A DNA stretch of 64,000 nt from an uncultured Gemmatimonadales bacterium (GTDB lineage: Bacteria > Gemmatimonadota > Gemmatimonadetes > Longimicrobiales > Gaopeijiaceae). The position numbers were made by a program, and so were the translations under genes. The stretch is from positions 1,088,001-1,152,000 of the forward strand of contig CAWELD010000010.1 of the NCBI GenBank assembly GCA_963809895.1, written 5' to 3'. Shown piece after piece: positions 21,872 to 31,505 of this stretch. The stretch's first letter is position 1, and each line of letters starts with the position of its first letter. A model generated the notes under the pieces. That model searched no databases, was not told where the DNA came from, and saw only the letters and a list, made by a program, of their open reading frames with translations.

Positions 21872-22582
21872 ATGCTCGCCTCTCTCAGCGCCGCCTTTCT
21901 TGCCGGCTTCGTCGGCAGTCCTCACTGCATGGGCATGTGCGGAGGTTTCGCCGTTGCGTGCGGTGGAGCCCGTCGTGGGCTCGCCTGGCACGCGGGGCGC
22001 ATCACCACCTACGCCCTGCTGGGCGCCGCCGCCGGGGCTTTCGGCCGCGTGCTTCCAGGACCGACCTGGGTGGCCACCGTCGTTTCCGTCGCCCTGTTGG
22101 TGTGGTTCGCGGCCGCCCTGGCGGGCCTGGTTCGTGAGCCGGCGCTGAAGATTCCCGGGCTCGGGCGGCTCATGGCCCGGGCTTCCGGCGACGCCGGGGC
22201 CGGCTCCCGGGTGGTCATGGGACTGGCCACGGGCCTGCTCCCCTGCGGGTTGCTGTACGCCGCGCTGGCGTTGCCCGTGGCATCGGGAAGCGCCGTCGTC
22301 GGGGCCTCGGCCATGGTGGCGTTCGGGCTCGGCACGGCTCCGGCGCTCGTGGCGCTCACCCTGGGCGCCCGCCAGGTGATCCTCCGCGACCTGCGTGTCC
22401 GTCGGCTCATGGCCGCGGGCGTCCTGGTGCTGGGGCTCGTGTCCATGGGCATGCGCCAGGGCGCGACGGCTGGAATGGACCACGGCGCGGGGCACGAAGG
22501 CCCCGCGACTTCGCAGGTGACCCCGGACCTCCCGGCGTCGCCGACTTCGCTTCCCGCCCCGGCCCACGCGTCCGGCGGCTGA
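21872..22582 (+). CDS. DsbD_2 / TauE-SafE-like membrane protein associated with cbb3 assembly
   Basis: SPHCMGMCGG, GRITTY, GLLPCGLLY, FGLGT. Confidence 0.88.
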   Translation: MLASLSAAFLAGFVGSPHCMGMCGGFAVACGGARRGLAWHAGRITTYALLGAAAGAFGRVLPGPTWVATVVSVALLVWFAAALAGLVREPALKIPGLGRLMARASGDAGAGSRVVMGLATGLLPCGLLYAALALPVASGSAVVGASAMVAFGLGTAPALVALTLGARQVILRDLRVRRLMAAGVLVLGLVSMGMRQGATAGMDHGAGHEGPATSQVTPDLPASPTSLPAPAHASGG

Positions 22583-22615
22583 GGGTCCCCTCTCCTTCTT
22601 CTCCGAGGAACGCCA

Positions 22616-24079
22616 ATGGCTCTCGACGCGACCGCCCCCCGGCCCGCCGGGGAGGCCACCGCCACGGCGGCCACGCCGAACTACGACGACGCGGTGGTGA
22701 AGATGTTCTTCACCGCCACCGTCGTCTGGGCTCTCGTGGGCATGCTCGTGGGCGTGATCATCGCCCTGCAGCTCGCCTGGTGGCCCGCCAATCTCGGCCT
22801 GCCCTGGACGACCTTCGGCCGTCTGCGCCCCCTGCACACCAACGCGGTGATCTTCGCGTTCGCCGGCAACGTGTGCTTCACCGGCATCTACCACTCGACG
22901 CAGCGACTCCTGAAGACGCGCATGTTCAGCGACGTGCTCTCCAGGATCCATTTCTGGGGATGGCAGACGATCATCGTGGGGGCCGCCATCACGCTGCCCC
23001 TCGGGATGACGCAGTCCAAGGAATACGCCGAGCTGATCTGGCCCATCGACGTGGCCATCACGCTGGTGTGGGTGGTTTTCGCCGTGAACTTCTTCGGCAC
23101 CCTGGCCATCCGGAAGGTGAAGCACCTGTACGTGGCGCTGTGGTTCTACATGTCGTTCGTCATCACCATCGCGGTGCTCCACATCGTGAACAGCCTGGCG
23201 ATCCCGGCTACGCTCTTCCGCTCGTATCCGATCTACGCCGGGCTCACCGACGCGCTGGTGCAGTGGTGGTACGGGCACAACGCGGTGGGCTTCTTCCTGA
23301 CCACGCCGTTCCTGGGGCTGATGTACTACTACCTGCCCCGGGCGGCGGAGCGCCCCGTCTACAGCTACCGGCTCTCCATCATCCACTTCTGGGGACTGGT
23401 GTTCCTGTACATCTGGGCCGGACCGCACCACCTGCTCTATTCGGCGTTGCCGGAATGGGCGCAGACGCTGGGCATGGTGTTCAGCATCATGCTGCTGGCG
23501 CCGTCGTGGGGCGGCATGCTCAACGGGCTCCTCACGCTCAAGGGAGCCTGGAACAAGCTCCGCACCGACCCGGTGCTCAAGTTCATGGTGGTGGCCGTGA
23601 GCTTCTACGGCATGAGCACCTTCGAAGGGCCCATGATGTCGATCCGGGCCGTGAACGGGCTGGCTCACTACACCAACTGGGTGATCGGCCACGTGCATTC
23701 CGGTGCCCTGGGCTGGGTGGGGATGATCTCCTTCGGGATGCTGTACTGGCTGGCGCCACGGCTCTTCAACAAGCCGCTCGCCTATCCCAACGGGCCCACG
23801 CAGCACTTCTGGCTGGCCACCATCGGCATCGTGCTCTACACGGTGGCGATGTGGGCGGCGGGACTCATGGAGGGGCTCCAGTGGCGCGCCATCAACGACA
23901 CGGGCCAGCTCGCCAACCCGATCTTCCTGGACATCGTCCACCGGCTGCAGCCCTTCCTCTGGCTGCGGGTGCTGGGCGGGGCCCTGTACCTCACCGGAGC
24001 GATCATGATGGCGGTGAACTTCTGGAAGACCATCCGCGGACCCGAGCGCCCGGCCGAGGCCGTGGCGGCAACGGCGTGA
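22616..24079 (+). CDS. ccoN: cbb3-type cytochrome c oxidase subunit I
   Basis: [48 protein letters not shown]. Confidence 0.97.
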   Translation: MALDATAPRPAGEATATAATPNYDDAVVKMFFTATVVWALVGMLVGVIIALQLAWWPANLGLPWTTFGRLRPLHTNAVIFAFAGNVCFTGIYHSTQRLLKTRMFSDVLSRIHFWGWQTIIVGAAITLPLGMTQSKEYAELIWPIDVAITLVWVVFAVNFFGTLAIRKVKHLYVALWFYMSFVITIAVLHIVNSLAIPATLFRSYPIYAGLTDALVQWWYGHNAVGFFLTTPFLGLMYYYLPRAAERPVYSYRLSIIHFWGLVFLYIWAGPHHLLYSALPEWAQTLGMVFSIMLLAPSWGGMLNGLLTLKGAWNKLRTDPVLKFMVVAVSFYGMSTFEGPMMSIRAVNGLAHYTNWVIGHVHSGALGWVGMISFGMLYWLAPRLFNKPLAYPNGPTQHFWLATIGIVLYTVAMWAAGLMEGLQWRAINDTGQLANPIFLDIVHRLQPFLWLRVLGGALYLTGAIMMAVNFWKTIRGPERPAEAVAATA

Positions 24080-24091
24080 GGGGAGGATACC

Positions 24092-24886
24092 ATGGCTGAC
24101 AACAACCAGACGCACGAGTCCGAGAAGGCCTACGGCCGCATCCACCGACGCATCTTCGAGGGAAAAGCGGCGGTCTTCGCCGTGGCCACCACGGTGGCGA
24201 TCTCCATCGGTGGGCTCGTGGAGATCACTCCGATGTTCACCGCGACCCTGGGGCCGGAGCGCTCGGAGGCGGTGACGCCGTACACGCCCCTCGAGGTGGC
24301 CGGGCGCGACATCTACATCCGCGAGGGCTGCTACCTGTGCCACTCGCAGATGGTGCGGCCCATGCGCGCCGAGATCCTGCGCTACGGGGAATGGACGCGG
24401 GCGTGGGAGTATGCCTACGACCGCCCCTTCCTGTTGGGCTCGCGCCGCATCGGGCCCGATCTGCAGCGCGTCGGCGGCAAGTATCCCGACGCGTGGCACT
24501 ACGAGCACATGCGCGATCCCCGCTCCGTATCGCCGGGCAGCATCATGCCACCCTATCCGTGGCTCCTGAAGTGGACTGTGGACCCGGCGGACATCACCGC
24601 GTCGGTGCGGGCACTGAGCAAGGTGGGCACACCCTACGAGAGCACCGATCAGGAATGGGTCGCGGCCCAGCTCCAGTCGCAGGGGCAGGGCATCGTGACC
24701 GCGCTGTCGCAGACGGGTATCGAGACCACCTGGGACCGGGAGATCGTGGCCCTCATCGCCTATCTGCAGCGGCTCGGCGTGGACGGCAAGCGCATCCTGC
24801 AGGAGCAGGAGCGGGCCCAGGGCGGAGCCACCGCTTCGGCCACCACGCCGGCGGACGCTGGCGCCGGCCCGGAGGGAACCCCGTGA
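24092..24886 (+). CDS. ccoO: cbb3 oxidase subunit II (monoheme)
   Basis: YTPLE.AGRDIYIREGCYLCHSQMVRP, GSRRIGPDL, SIMPPYP. Confidence 0.96.
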   Translation: MADNNQTHESEKAYGRIHRRIFEGKAAVFAVATTVAISIGGLVEITPMFTATLGPERSEAVTPYTPLEVAGRDIYIREGCYLCHSQMVRPMRAEILRYGEWTRAWEYAYDRPFLLGSRRIGPDLQRVGGKYPDAWHYEHMRDPRSVSPGSIMPPYPWLLKWTVDPADITASVRALSKVGTPYESTDQEWVAAQLQSQGQGIVTALSQTGIETTWDREIVALIAYLQRLGVDGKRILQEQERAQGGATASATTPADAGAGPEGTP

Positions 24887-25062
24887 ATCCTCTCCTTCGC
24901 GAGGCCGCCGGCTCGGTGGAGATGGGCTGGCTGCTGGGCCTCATGACGCTGGTGTTCCTGGCCTTCTTCATCGGTTGGGCCTGGTGGGCGTATTCGCCCA
25001 AGCACAGGGAGATCATGGAAGAGGCATCGCGCATGCCGTTCACGGATGGAGGAGCAGAGTGA
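24883..25062 (+). CDS. ccoQ: cbb3 oxidase subunit IV
   Basis: 59-aa single-TM protein (FFIGWAWWAY...EEASRMPF) coupled by GTGA overlaps to ccoO and ccoP. Confidence 0.85.
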   Translation: MNPLLREAAGSVEMGWLLGLMTLVFLAFFIGWAWWAYSPKHREIMEEASRMPFTDGGAE

Positions 25063-25727
25063 GCAAGGAAACCAACCGGCTCATGGGCCACGCCGACGAG
25101 GCGGACGGCATCGAGGAATACGACAACCCCTTGCCGGACTGGTGGCTGGGCCTGTTCTGGTTCACCATCGTCTGGGCCATCGGCTACGGGGTCCATTACC
25201 ACTTCATCGCCCACCGCTCGCAGGTGAAGCACCTGGCGGCGGAGATGGCCGCGGCCGACGCTCGCTGGCCGGCGCAGCTACAGGCCAACGTGTCGTTCGC
25301 GTTCACGCCCGAGGCGATCCAGGCCGGGGAACAGGTGTTCGCCCAGAACTGCGCCCCCTGCCACGGGGCCGACCTCAAGGGCAACATCGGCCCGTCGTTC
25401 CTGGACGACGAGTGGCTGCACGGGGGCCAGGTGTCGCAGGTGCTGAACACCATCCGCCACGGTGTGCTGGACAAGGGTATGGTGGCATGGGAGGGGATCC
25501 TGAGCCCCGAGCAGATCAACGACGTGGCCGCGTACGTGCTCTCCAAGCACGCCGAGGCCACGGGGCGCTCGTACGAAGACATCCTGAAGCCGCCGGCGGA
25601 CAGCGCCGGAGCGGCCGGCGACAGTGCCGGCGTGGCGGGGGACAGCGCCGGAGTGGCCGGTGACACCGCCGCTGCGTCCGGAGGCGCCGCGGCAGGCGCT
25701 CGGTCCGGCGCCGACTCGGGCCGGTAA
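25059..25727 (+). CDS. ccoP: cbb3 oxidase subunit III (single heme)
   Basis: DGIEEYDNPLPDWW N-terminus, one CAPCH, GMVAW. Confidence 0.92.
   Translation: MSKETNRLMGHADEADGIEEYDNPLPDWWLGLFWFTIVWAIGYGVHYHFIAHRSQVKHLAAEMAAADARWPAQLQANVSFAFTPEAIQAGEQVFAQNCAPCHGADLKGNIGPSFLDDEWLHGGQVSQVLNTIRHGVLDKGMVAWEGILSPEQINDVAAYVLSKHAEATGRSYEDILKPPADSAGAAGDSAGVAGDSAGVAGDTAAASGGAAAGARSGADSGR
25596..25670 (+). repeat. about 3.5 imperfect copies of a 21-bp tandem repeat encoding (G/A)DSAG(A/V)A in the CcoP tail
   Basis: gcggacagcgccggagcggcc / ggcgacagtgccggcgtggcg / ggggacagcgccggagtggcc / ggtgacaccgcc. Confidence 0.8.
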
Positions 25728-25757
25728 CCGCCGGATCCGGAGGGGGTAGCAGAGATC

Positions 25758-27107
25758 ATGTTGGGATTCAGCCGCACCCGCGAGTGGGTCTATCCCCAGT
25801 CCATCCAGGGGAGCTTCATGACGCTCCGCCGGTGGACCTTCGCGGGATTGCACGTGGTGCTCTTCGTAGCGCCGTGGCTCATGGTGGCGGGGCATCCGGC
25901 CGTACAGATCGATCTGCCCCACCGGCGGATCTTCCTGTTCGGTGCCATCTTCAGCGCCGCCGACACGATCTTCCTGCTCCTTCTCCTCCTCTTCCTGGCC
26001 TTCAGCCTCTTCTTCTTCACGGCGGTGTTCGGGCGGGTCTGGTGCGGCTACGCCTGCCCCCAGACGGTCTTCCTGGAGAGCTGGATCCGTCCGCTGGAGC
26101 TCTGGATCGAGGGAGACCGGACCCGCCGGCGCCGGCGCGACGCCGGCAGTTGGACCTTCGACCGTGTGTGGAGAAAAGCCGCCAAATGGGGCGCATTTCT
26201 CTTCGTGGCCGGCATGCTGGCCATGTCCATGGTCAGTCTGTTCGCCGGGGCCCGACCGCTGTGGAGTGGGCAGGCCAGCGGGACCTCGTACGTCTTCGTG
26301 GCGATCTTCACCGCCATGTGGATGGTGGACTTCGTGTGGTTCCGGGAGCAGTTCTGCAACTTCCTGTGTCCCTACGCCCGCTTCCAGAGCGCGCTCACCG
26401 ACGACGAGACCTTGCTGATCTCGTACGACGTGCCCCGGGGTGAGCCCCGCGGCAAGGGCAAGGCCGCGGCCGAAGCCGGCAACTGCATCTCGTGTCAGAA
26501 GTGCGTGGTGGTCTGCCCGCAGGGGATCGACATTCGCGAGGGGTTCCAGCTCGAGTGCATCCAGTGCGCGCGCTGCGTCGACGCGTGCACCAGCGTCATG
26601 GAGCCGCTGGGCCACGAGACGCTGGTGCGCTACAGCTCCATCGCCGCCGACGAGAGCCGTCTGCGGCGCACGCTGCGTCCGCGGACGGTCATCTACACGG
26701 GCCTGCTCACGGCGCTCACGGCCGCTTCGGCGATCCTGCTGTTCGGGCGGGTCCCCTTCGAGGCGTCGGTGAACCGTGCGCCGGGGTCGCTCTTCACGGT
26801 CGATGCCGACGGCTACGTCCGCAACACGTACCTGCTCAAGATCACCAGCAAGGACGTGACGCCCGGGCCCGTGGACTACCAGGTCCGCCTCGACGGCCTG
26901 GACGATGCCGAGGTGCTCACGGAACCGGTTCAACTCGCGTCCACCGAGACCCGGACCGTGCCTTTCGTGGTGCGGCTGCCGGCGGCCTCGGCCGACCGCC
27001 GCACCATTCCCTTCGACGTTCGCATCATCTCGCCGAGCGGGGAGCTGGTGCTCCCCACGACCTTCAAGACCGGAGCCGTGGAGGGAGCCCGTGGCGGTGC
27101 CTACTGA
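25758..27107 (+). CDS. ccoG: cbb3 accessory cupric reductase / 4Fe-4S membrane protein
   Basis: GRVWCGYACPQTVF, FC..LCPYARFQ, CISCQKCVVVCP, CIQCARCVDAC. Confidence 0.95.
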   Translation: MLGFSRTREWVYPQSIQGSFMTLRRWTFAGLHVVLFVAPWLMVAGHPAVQIDLPHRRIFLFGAIFSAADTIFLLLLLLFLAFSLFFFTAVFGRVWCGYACPQTVFLESWIRPLELWIEGDRTRRRRRDAGSWTFDRVWRKAAKWGAFLFVAGMLAMSMVSLFAGARPLWSGQASGTSYVFVAIFTAMWMVDFVWFREQFCNFLCPYARFQSALTDDETLLISYDVPRGEPRGKGKAAAEAGNCISCQKCVVVCPQGIDIREGFQLECIQCARCVDACTSVMEPLGHETLVRYSSIAADESRLRRTLRPRTVIYTGLLTALTAASAILLFGRVPFEASVNRAPGSLFTVDADGYVRNTYLLKITSKDVTPGPVDYQVRLDGLDDAEVLTEPVQLASTETRTVPFVVRLPAASADRRTIPFDVRIISPSGELVLPTTFKTGAVEGARGGAY

Positions 27108-27273
27108 GTCGACGCCCCGGTCCGAGACGGACCCGGGGGACCGGAGTTGGATCTGGCCGGCGGCGATCATCGCCGGCCTGGCCCTCATGATCGCGGTGAA
27201 CGCTGCGTTCATCATCGTGGCCGTGCGCGGTGCGGACACGGTGGTGGAGTCGTACCAGACCGAGCCGCGGTGA
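27091..27273 (+). CDS. ccoH: short FixH/CcoH-like membrane protein
   Basis: WPAAIIAGL...NAAFIIVA...VVESY; lies between ccoG and ccoI. Confidence 0.7.
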   Translation: MAVPTESTPRSETDPGDRSWIWPAAIIAGLALMIAVNAAFIIVAVRGADTVVESYQTEPR

Positions 27274-29666
27274 CGCCCGTGAGGCCGTCGGCTCCCGCCT
27301 CGGCCGCGGAGAACGCCGCGGCGCGCTGTCCCCACTGCGGCACGCCCGTAGAGGGACCCGACGACGCCTACTGCTGTACCGGCTGCGAGATGGCGGCCGC
27401 CATCATCCATGGTGCCGGGCTCGACCGGTACTACGCCGAGCGAGAGGCCTACGCGCCTCGGCCCGGTCCCCGCAGCGGCGGATGGGAGACGGTCCCGGTG
27501 GAGCGGGACGCAGACGGTACCTGCAGCGTACAGCTCATGGTCGACGGGCTCCGCTGCGCCTCCTGCGTGTGGGTGACCGAGAACGTGCTCCTGCGCACGC
27601 CGGGCGTGCGCGAGGCCCGGGTGAGCTACGCCACCGGACGGGCGACCCTGCGCTGGAATCCCGACGAAGTCCCGCTCGGCCGCCTGGCCGGCACCATCGC
27701 GGCGCTGGGCTACCGACCCCGGCTGCTCGGCGAGGAGTCACACCCCGACCGGGATCTGCTGCTGCGCCTGGGGGTCGCCTCCTTCGCCGCCGCCAACGTC
27801 ATGCTGCTGTCGGTGGCGCTGTACGCCGGCTGGTTCGGGGACATGGCGCCGCGCTTCGTGGCCCTCTTCCAGTGGGCGTCGCTGGCGTTGGCGACGCCCG
27901 TCGCCCTGTGGTCCGCCGCGCCCTTCTTCGTCGGGGCGTGGACGGGACTTCGTCACCGGGTCCTCCACATGGACCTGCCCATCGCTCTGGCCGTGGCCGT
28001 CCTCTACACGCAGGGCGTCGTGGTCACGCTCTCGGGGCGTGGGGACACCTACCTGGACTCGCTCACCATGTTGGTGGCTCTGTTGCTGGCCGGGCGGGTG
28101 CTGGAGGGACGCGGCCGTCGCCGCGCCGCCGAGGCCGCACTCTCGCTGGCAGCCGTGCTGCCGGCCACCGCTCGACGGCTCGCCGCCGACGGCAGCGTGG
28201 AGAGCGTGGCCACCGATGTGCTCGAGCCCGGCGATCAGGTGGTCGTGGGGTCGGGCGAGGAGATTCCGGCCGACGGGGTGATCGTGGAGGGCCGGGGCCT
28301 GGTGCGCCTGGCGCTGCTCACCGGTGAGGCCGAGCCCGTGTCCGTCACCGCCGGGGGGGCCACCTGGGCCGGCACCCTGCTGGAAGACGGAGCCCTGGTG
28401 ATCGACGTCTCGGTGCCCTCCGAGGACACCGCGGTGCGGGCCATGGCACGGGAGCTCGAGCGCTCGGCGGCCCGCCCCACCCGCCCCACCGTGGCCGACC
28501 GGCTCGCGCCCTGGTTCACCGGCCTGACGCTGCTCGTGGCCGCCGCGACCTTCGTGACCTGGCTCACGCTGGCCGGCGGACACCGCGCGCTGGAGGCGGC
28601 GATCGCCGTTCTGGTGGTGGCGTGCCCCTGCGCCCTGGCGTTGTCGCAGCCGCTGGCCGCGGCGGCGGGGCTGGGAGCGGCGGCGAGGCGAGGGCTGATC
28701 CTCCGGTCGGCCGACGCCCTCCTGGATCTGGCCGACGTGGACACGGTGGCACTGGACAAGACGGGCACCGTGACCGCGGGTGAGCTGACCGTGCTGTCGG
28801 CGGAGCCCGGGGCCCTGCGGGTGGCGGCAGGCCTGGAGCGGTTCAGCACGCACCCGGTGGCGAGAGCCATCACCGCGGCGGCGGCCCGGCGGGGGATTCC
28901 GCTTCCCCGGGCGGAAGACGTGCGCGAGACGCCGGGGCGGGGCATCGCCGGTCGGGTGGACGGCGACCTGTGGCGGTTGGAGCGTGGCGGTCCCGGTCGG
29001 GTCGACCTGGTAGGCGCCGACGGTCGTCGCCACGCCATTCGACTCGGGGACCGGGTGCGGATGGACTCCCGTAGCGCCGTCGAGGCCTTGCGAGACCTGG
29101 GGCTCCGCGTCGTGCTACTCACCGGCGACCATCCGGAGGTCGCGGACCGTATCGCCGCCGAAGCCGGCATCGCCCGGCGGCTCGCCGACATGAGTCCCGG
29201 GGACAAGTCGGCCTGGATCCGGGAGCGGCGCGCCGGAGGGTCCAGGGTGGCGTTCGCGGGTGACGGGTTGAACGACGGCCCGGCGCTGGCGGCCGCCGAC
29301 GTGGGGCTGGCCATGGGTACGGGGGCGGCGAGCTCGATCCTGGCCGCCGACGGCGTGCTGGCCGCGCCGTCGCTCACACCCGTCGTGGCGGCGGTGCGTG
29401 CGGCCCGGGCCGCGCGGCGCGCCGTGCGAGCCAATCTCCGACGATCGCTGGCCTACAACGTCCTCGCCGTGTCGGCGGCGGCGGCGGGCTGGGTGAATCC
29501 CCTGGTGGCGGCCGTCCTCATGCCGCTGTCCAGCGCCATGGTGATGTGGGGCGCTTCGCGCGTGGAGGTGGGCGTCCGAGGACCGGAGCGCGCGCGGGGT
29601 GCCTGGGATCATGAGCCCCGACGGCCCGCTCGGGCCGAGGCCGCGCCGTCGTCGGTGGCCGCATGA
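27270..29666 (+). CDS. ccoI: P1B-type Cu-transporting ATPase for cbb3 assembly
   Basis: CPHC...CCTGC, CASC MBD, TGE, CPC, DKTGT, HP, GDGLNDGP. Confidence 0.93.
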   Translation: MTPVRPSAPASAAENAAARCPHCGTPVEGPDDAYCCTGCEMAAAIIHGAGLDRYYAEREAYAPRPGPRSGGWETVPVERDADGTCSVQLMVDGLRCASCVWVTENVLLRTPGVREARVSYATGRATLRWNPDEVPLGRLAGTIAALGYRPRLLGEESHPDRDLLLRLGVASFAAANVMLLSVALYAGWFGDMAPRFVALFQWASLALATPVALWSAAPFFVGAWTGLRHRVLHMDLPIALAVAVLYTQGVVVTLSGRGDTYLDSLTMLVALLLAGRVLEGRGRRRAAEAALSLAAVLPATARRLAADGSVESVATDVLEPGDQVVVGSGEEIPADGVIVEGRGLVRLALLTGEAEPVSVTAGGATWAGTLLEDGALVIDVSVPSEDTAVRAMARELERSAARPTRPTVADRLAPWFTGLTLLVAAATFVTWLTLAGGHRALEAAIAVLVVACPCALALSQPLAAAAGLGAAARRGLILRSADALLDLADVDTVALDKTGTVTAGELTVLSAEPGALRVAAGLERFSTHPVARAITAAAARRGIPLPRAEDVRETPGRGIAGRVDGDLWRLERGGPGRVDLVGADGRRHAIRLGDRVRMDSRSAVEALRDLGLRVVLLTGDHPEVADRIAAEAGIARRLADMSPGDKSAWIRERRAGGSRVAFAGDGLNDGPALAAADVGLAMGTGAASSILAADGVLAAPSLTPVVAAVRAARAARRAVRANLRRSLAYNVLAVSAAAAGWVNPLVAAVLMPLSSAMVMWGASRVEVGVRGPERARGAWDHEPRRPARAEAAPSSVAA

Positions 29667-29803
29667 ACGCGGTCGCCTTCCTCCTGCCGGTGGCCATCTT
29701 CCTGGGCCTGATCTTCGTCGTGCTCTTCCTCCTGGCGGTGAAGGACGGCCAGTTCGACGATCTGGACGATCCCCCGCGCAGGGTCCTGAAGGACGACGAC
29801 TAG
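29663..29803 (+). CDS. ccoS: cbb3 maturation protein, 46 aa
   Basis: MNAVAFLLPVAIFLGLIFVVLFLLAVKDGQFDDLDDPPRRVLKDDD; GQFDDL signature; not in the ORF track. Confidence 0.9.
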   Translation: MNAVAFLLPVAIFLGLIFVVLFLLAVKDGQFDDLDDPPRRVLKDDD

Positions 29804-29916
29804 CAGGTCGGCCGGCGGACGTGCCGAGGGGCTCGCGAAACGGGGGTCTCTTTCGCACCGTAGGGCGAACGAAGCGCCCTGTCGTTCTCTTGTCTGCCCT
29901 CGAACCGGATCGTGCC

Positions 29917-30213
29917 ATGCTGGACTGGGATGCCATCGCGCCAATGGTCGTGGCCATCGTCCTCTTCATCACCGTTGGTGGGGTGCTGGTGCTGAGGCCC
30001 ATCGCCAAGCACCTCGGAACCCTCCTGGAAGCCATGACGCGTGAGAAGCTCCAGGGAAGTGATCGACAGGAGATGATGCACGTGCGGGAGCTCCTGGAGA
30101 CCATGAACCAGCGGCTTCAGCTCATGGAAGAGCGCCAGGAATTCACCGATCGGCTCCTGGAGGAGCGGGGTACGCCTCGCCTTTCCGGACGGTCGCCGAC
30201 CTCGGAGACCTGA
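29917..30213 (+). CDS. small single-TM coiled-coil protein (PspB-like architecture)
   Basis: N-terminal TM, then ...QRLQLMEERQEFTDRLL. Confidence 0.7.
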   Translation: MLDWDAIAPMVVAIVLFITVGGVLVLRPIAKHLGTLLEAMTREKLQGSDRQEMMHVRELLETMNQRLQLMEERQEFTDRLLEERGTPRLSGRSPTSET

Positions 30214-30288
30214 GTCACGAGCGCTGCCCGGCCTCGTCGGAGGGCCCGCAACGGCGACGATCCTCGCACCGGAAACGAAGCCGGAAAC

Positions 30289-30330
30289 GAAGAAGGGCGC
30301 CCCCGGCCGAAGCCGGGCGGCGCCCTCTTC
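30289..30330. terminator. hairpin between convergent genes, preceded by a 12-bp tandem duplication (CCGGAAACGAAG x2, 30269-30292)
   Basis: GAAGAAGGGCGCC...GGCGCCCTCTTC inverted repeat. Confidence 0.6.
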
Positions 30331-30371
30331 ATCTATGTGCTCGCGAGGAGGCGTCGATCACCCCCAAGCGG

Positions 30372-30584
30372 TCAGGTGCAGTCCACTCCCGCGGGCGCGG
30401 CGACCGTCGTCGTCATCACCTGCCCCACCTCCACCACGTCCGCCGCGTCTGGCGCAGCAGCCGTGGTGCCACCGGCCGCGAGAGAGGACTCCACCCACAA
30501 GAGGACCAGCGTCACGGAAAGCACCGCGATGCCGATGAGGTCCTTTGTCAGGCTGGGTCGTCCGAATGTGATCATCGTCTCCAT
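30372..30584 (-). CDS. small hypothetical membrane protein, 70 aa
   Basis: Strong GGGGAGG RBS, one TM, followed by the terminator hairpin. Confidence 0.55.
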   Translation of the reverse strand: METMITFGRPSLTKDLIGIAVLSVTLVLLWVESSLAAGGTTAAAPDAADVVEVGQVMTTTVAAPAGVDCT

Positions 30585-30756
30585 TTCCTCCCCTGGTGTC
30601 GGGCTCTTCCCGACCACTCGCTCCTCCCTACGAATGGGACGGGAGAAGGATTCAAAGGGTTGCGTGTTCGTGTGGAGAGACGATCGGGGGCGCGGGTTCG
30701 TGACAGGCGCCGGAGATGGTGCGCGGGGGAGGGACTCGGCCCGGACGGGGTCCGGT

Positions 30757-31002
30757 TCAGTTGCCCTCGGCCTTGGCGATGGAATCGAAGCGGCGGGCGC
30801 GCGCCGCGGCGGCGTCGGACGCTTTCAGGGCCGTTCCCACGGCACCGGCTCCCGGAATGGGCATGGTGCTGATGATGCTGTCCTTCTGGCGGCGGGTGAG
30901 GGTGTCCGCGGCGGAGGGGCCGTCCTGAGCGCCGGCACCCCCACATGCCGTGAGGCCTACGGCGAGGGCGGCGAGAGTCGGGAGGATGAGACGCCTGGGC
31001 AC
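30757..31002 (-). CDS. small lipoprotein, 81 aa
   Basis: GGAG RBS, lipobox LTAC. Confidence 0.7.
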   Translation of the reverse strand: MPRRLILPTLAALAVGLTACGGAGAQDGPSAADTLTRRQKDSIISTMPIPGAGAVGTALKASDAAAARARRFDSIAKAEGN

Positions 31003-31211
31003 GGGTGATCTCCGTCTGGATGAACGTCGAGACGATTCCACGGAGCCGATGCGACTCCTGCTTGAACGTTAACAGGCCTCGGACCCGGGGCGCGACGCTT
31101 TTCTTGTCCGGGTGTCCGGATGTGAACACCGTCGTCCCGGACCCGGTCGCTTCGGCGCCGGCTTCACGATGACGTCTTCTTTGCGCAAATCTATACGCGT
31201 CATGACGTTAT

Positions 31212-31380
31212 GAGTGGTGATCCAACTCCGGCACGGCTCCTGCACATCCTGAAGGCCGGATTCCGGGTTCGTCTCATGACCCTGGGTCCCGGGCCGGCGG
31301 CGGCCGGTCCGCAGAGTGTGTGTGCGGTGGGGTGGATGGACGGCGCCTCGGGGCTTCGGCCCCGGGGCGTTCGTCGTTGG
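31212..31380 (+). ncRNA. candidate structured small RNA (family unrecognised)
   Basis: AT-rich promoter-like upstream segment, several possible hairpins, possible 5'/3' closing helix, and a terminal cUUCGg hairpin. Confidence 0.35.
31339..31378 (+). terminator. stable cUUCGg-capped hairpin
   Basis: GACGGCGCCTCGGGGC-TTCG-GCCCCGGGGCGTTCGTC. Confidence 0.6.
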
Positions 31381-31505
31381 TGGTGGATTCGGCGGGCTCC
31401 AACCGCCGTCCCGACGTTCTTGCGCGGGCACGTGAGATCGGGGTAGCGTGAACATCCCCCCCGGAACTCGCGCGGCCTCGTTTCAGCAGGACATCCCGAC
31501 TCATC

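Noticed and set aside
21815..27410. Long antisense ORFs over the cco operon (similar ones over recQ, msrP, usp and fpg)
   Set aside because: Stop-poor reverse frames typical of high-GC genes; no motifs or RBS
25596..30292. Short tandem repeats (25596-25670 and 30269-30292) as CRISPR or mobile-element ends
   Set aside because: No spacers, cas genes or transposase; one is coding low complexity and the other a single 12-bp duplication
31210..31446. 78-aa ORF in the intergenic gap
   Set aside because: No RBS, atypical composition, and it crosses a strong hairpin; an RNA element is favoured but the ORF is not excluded
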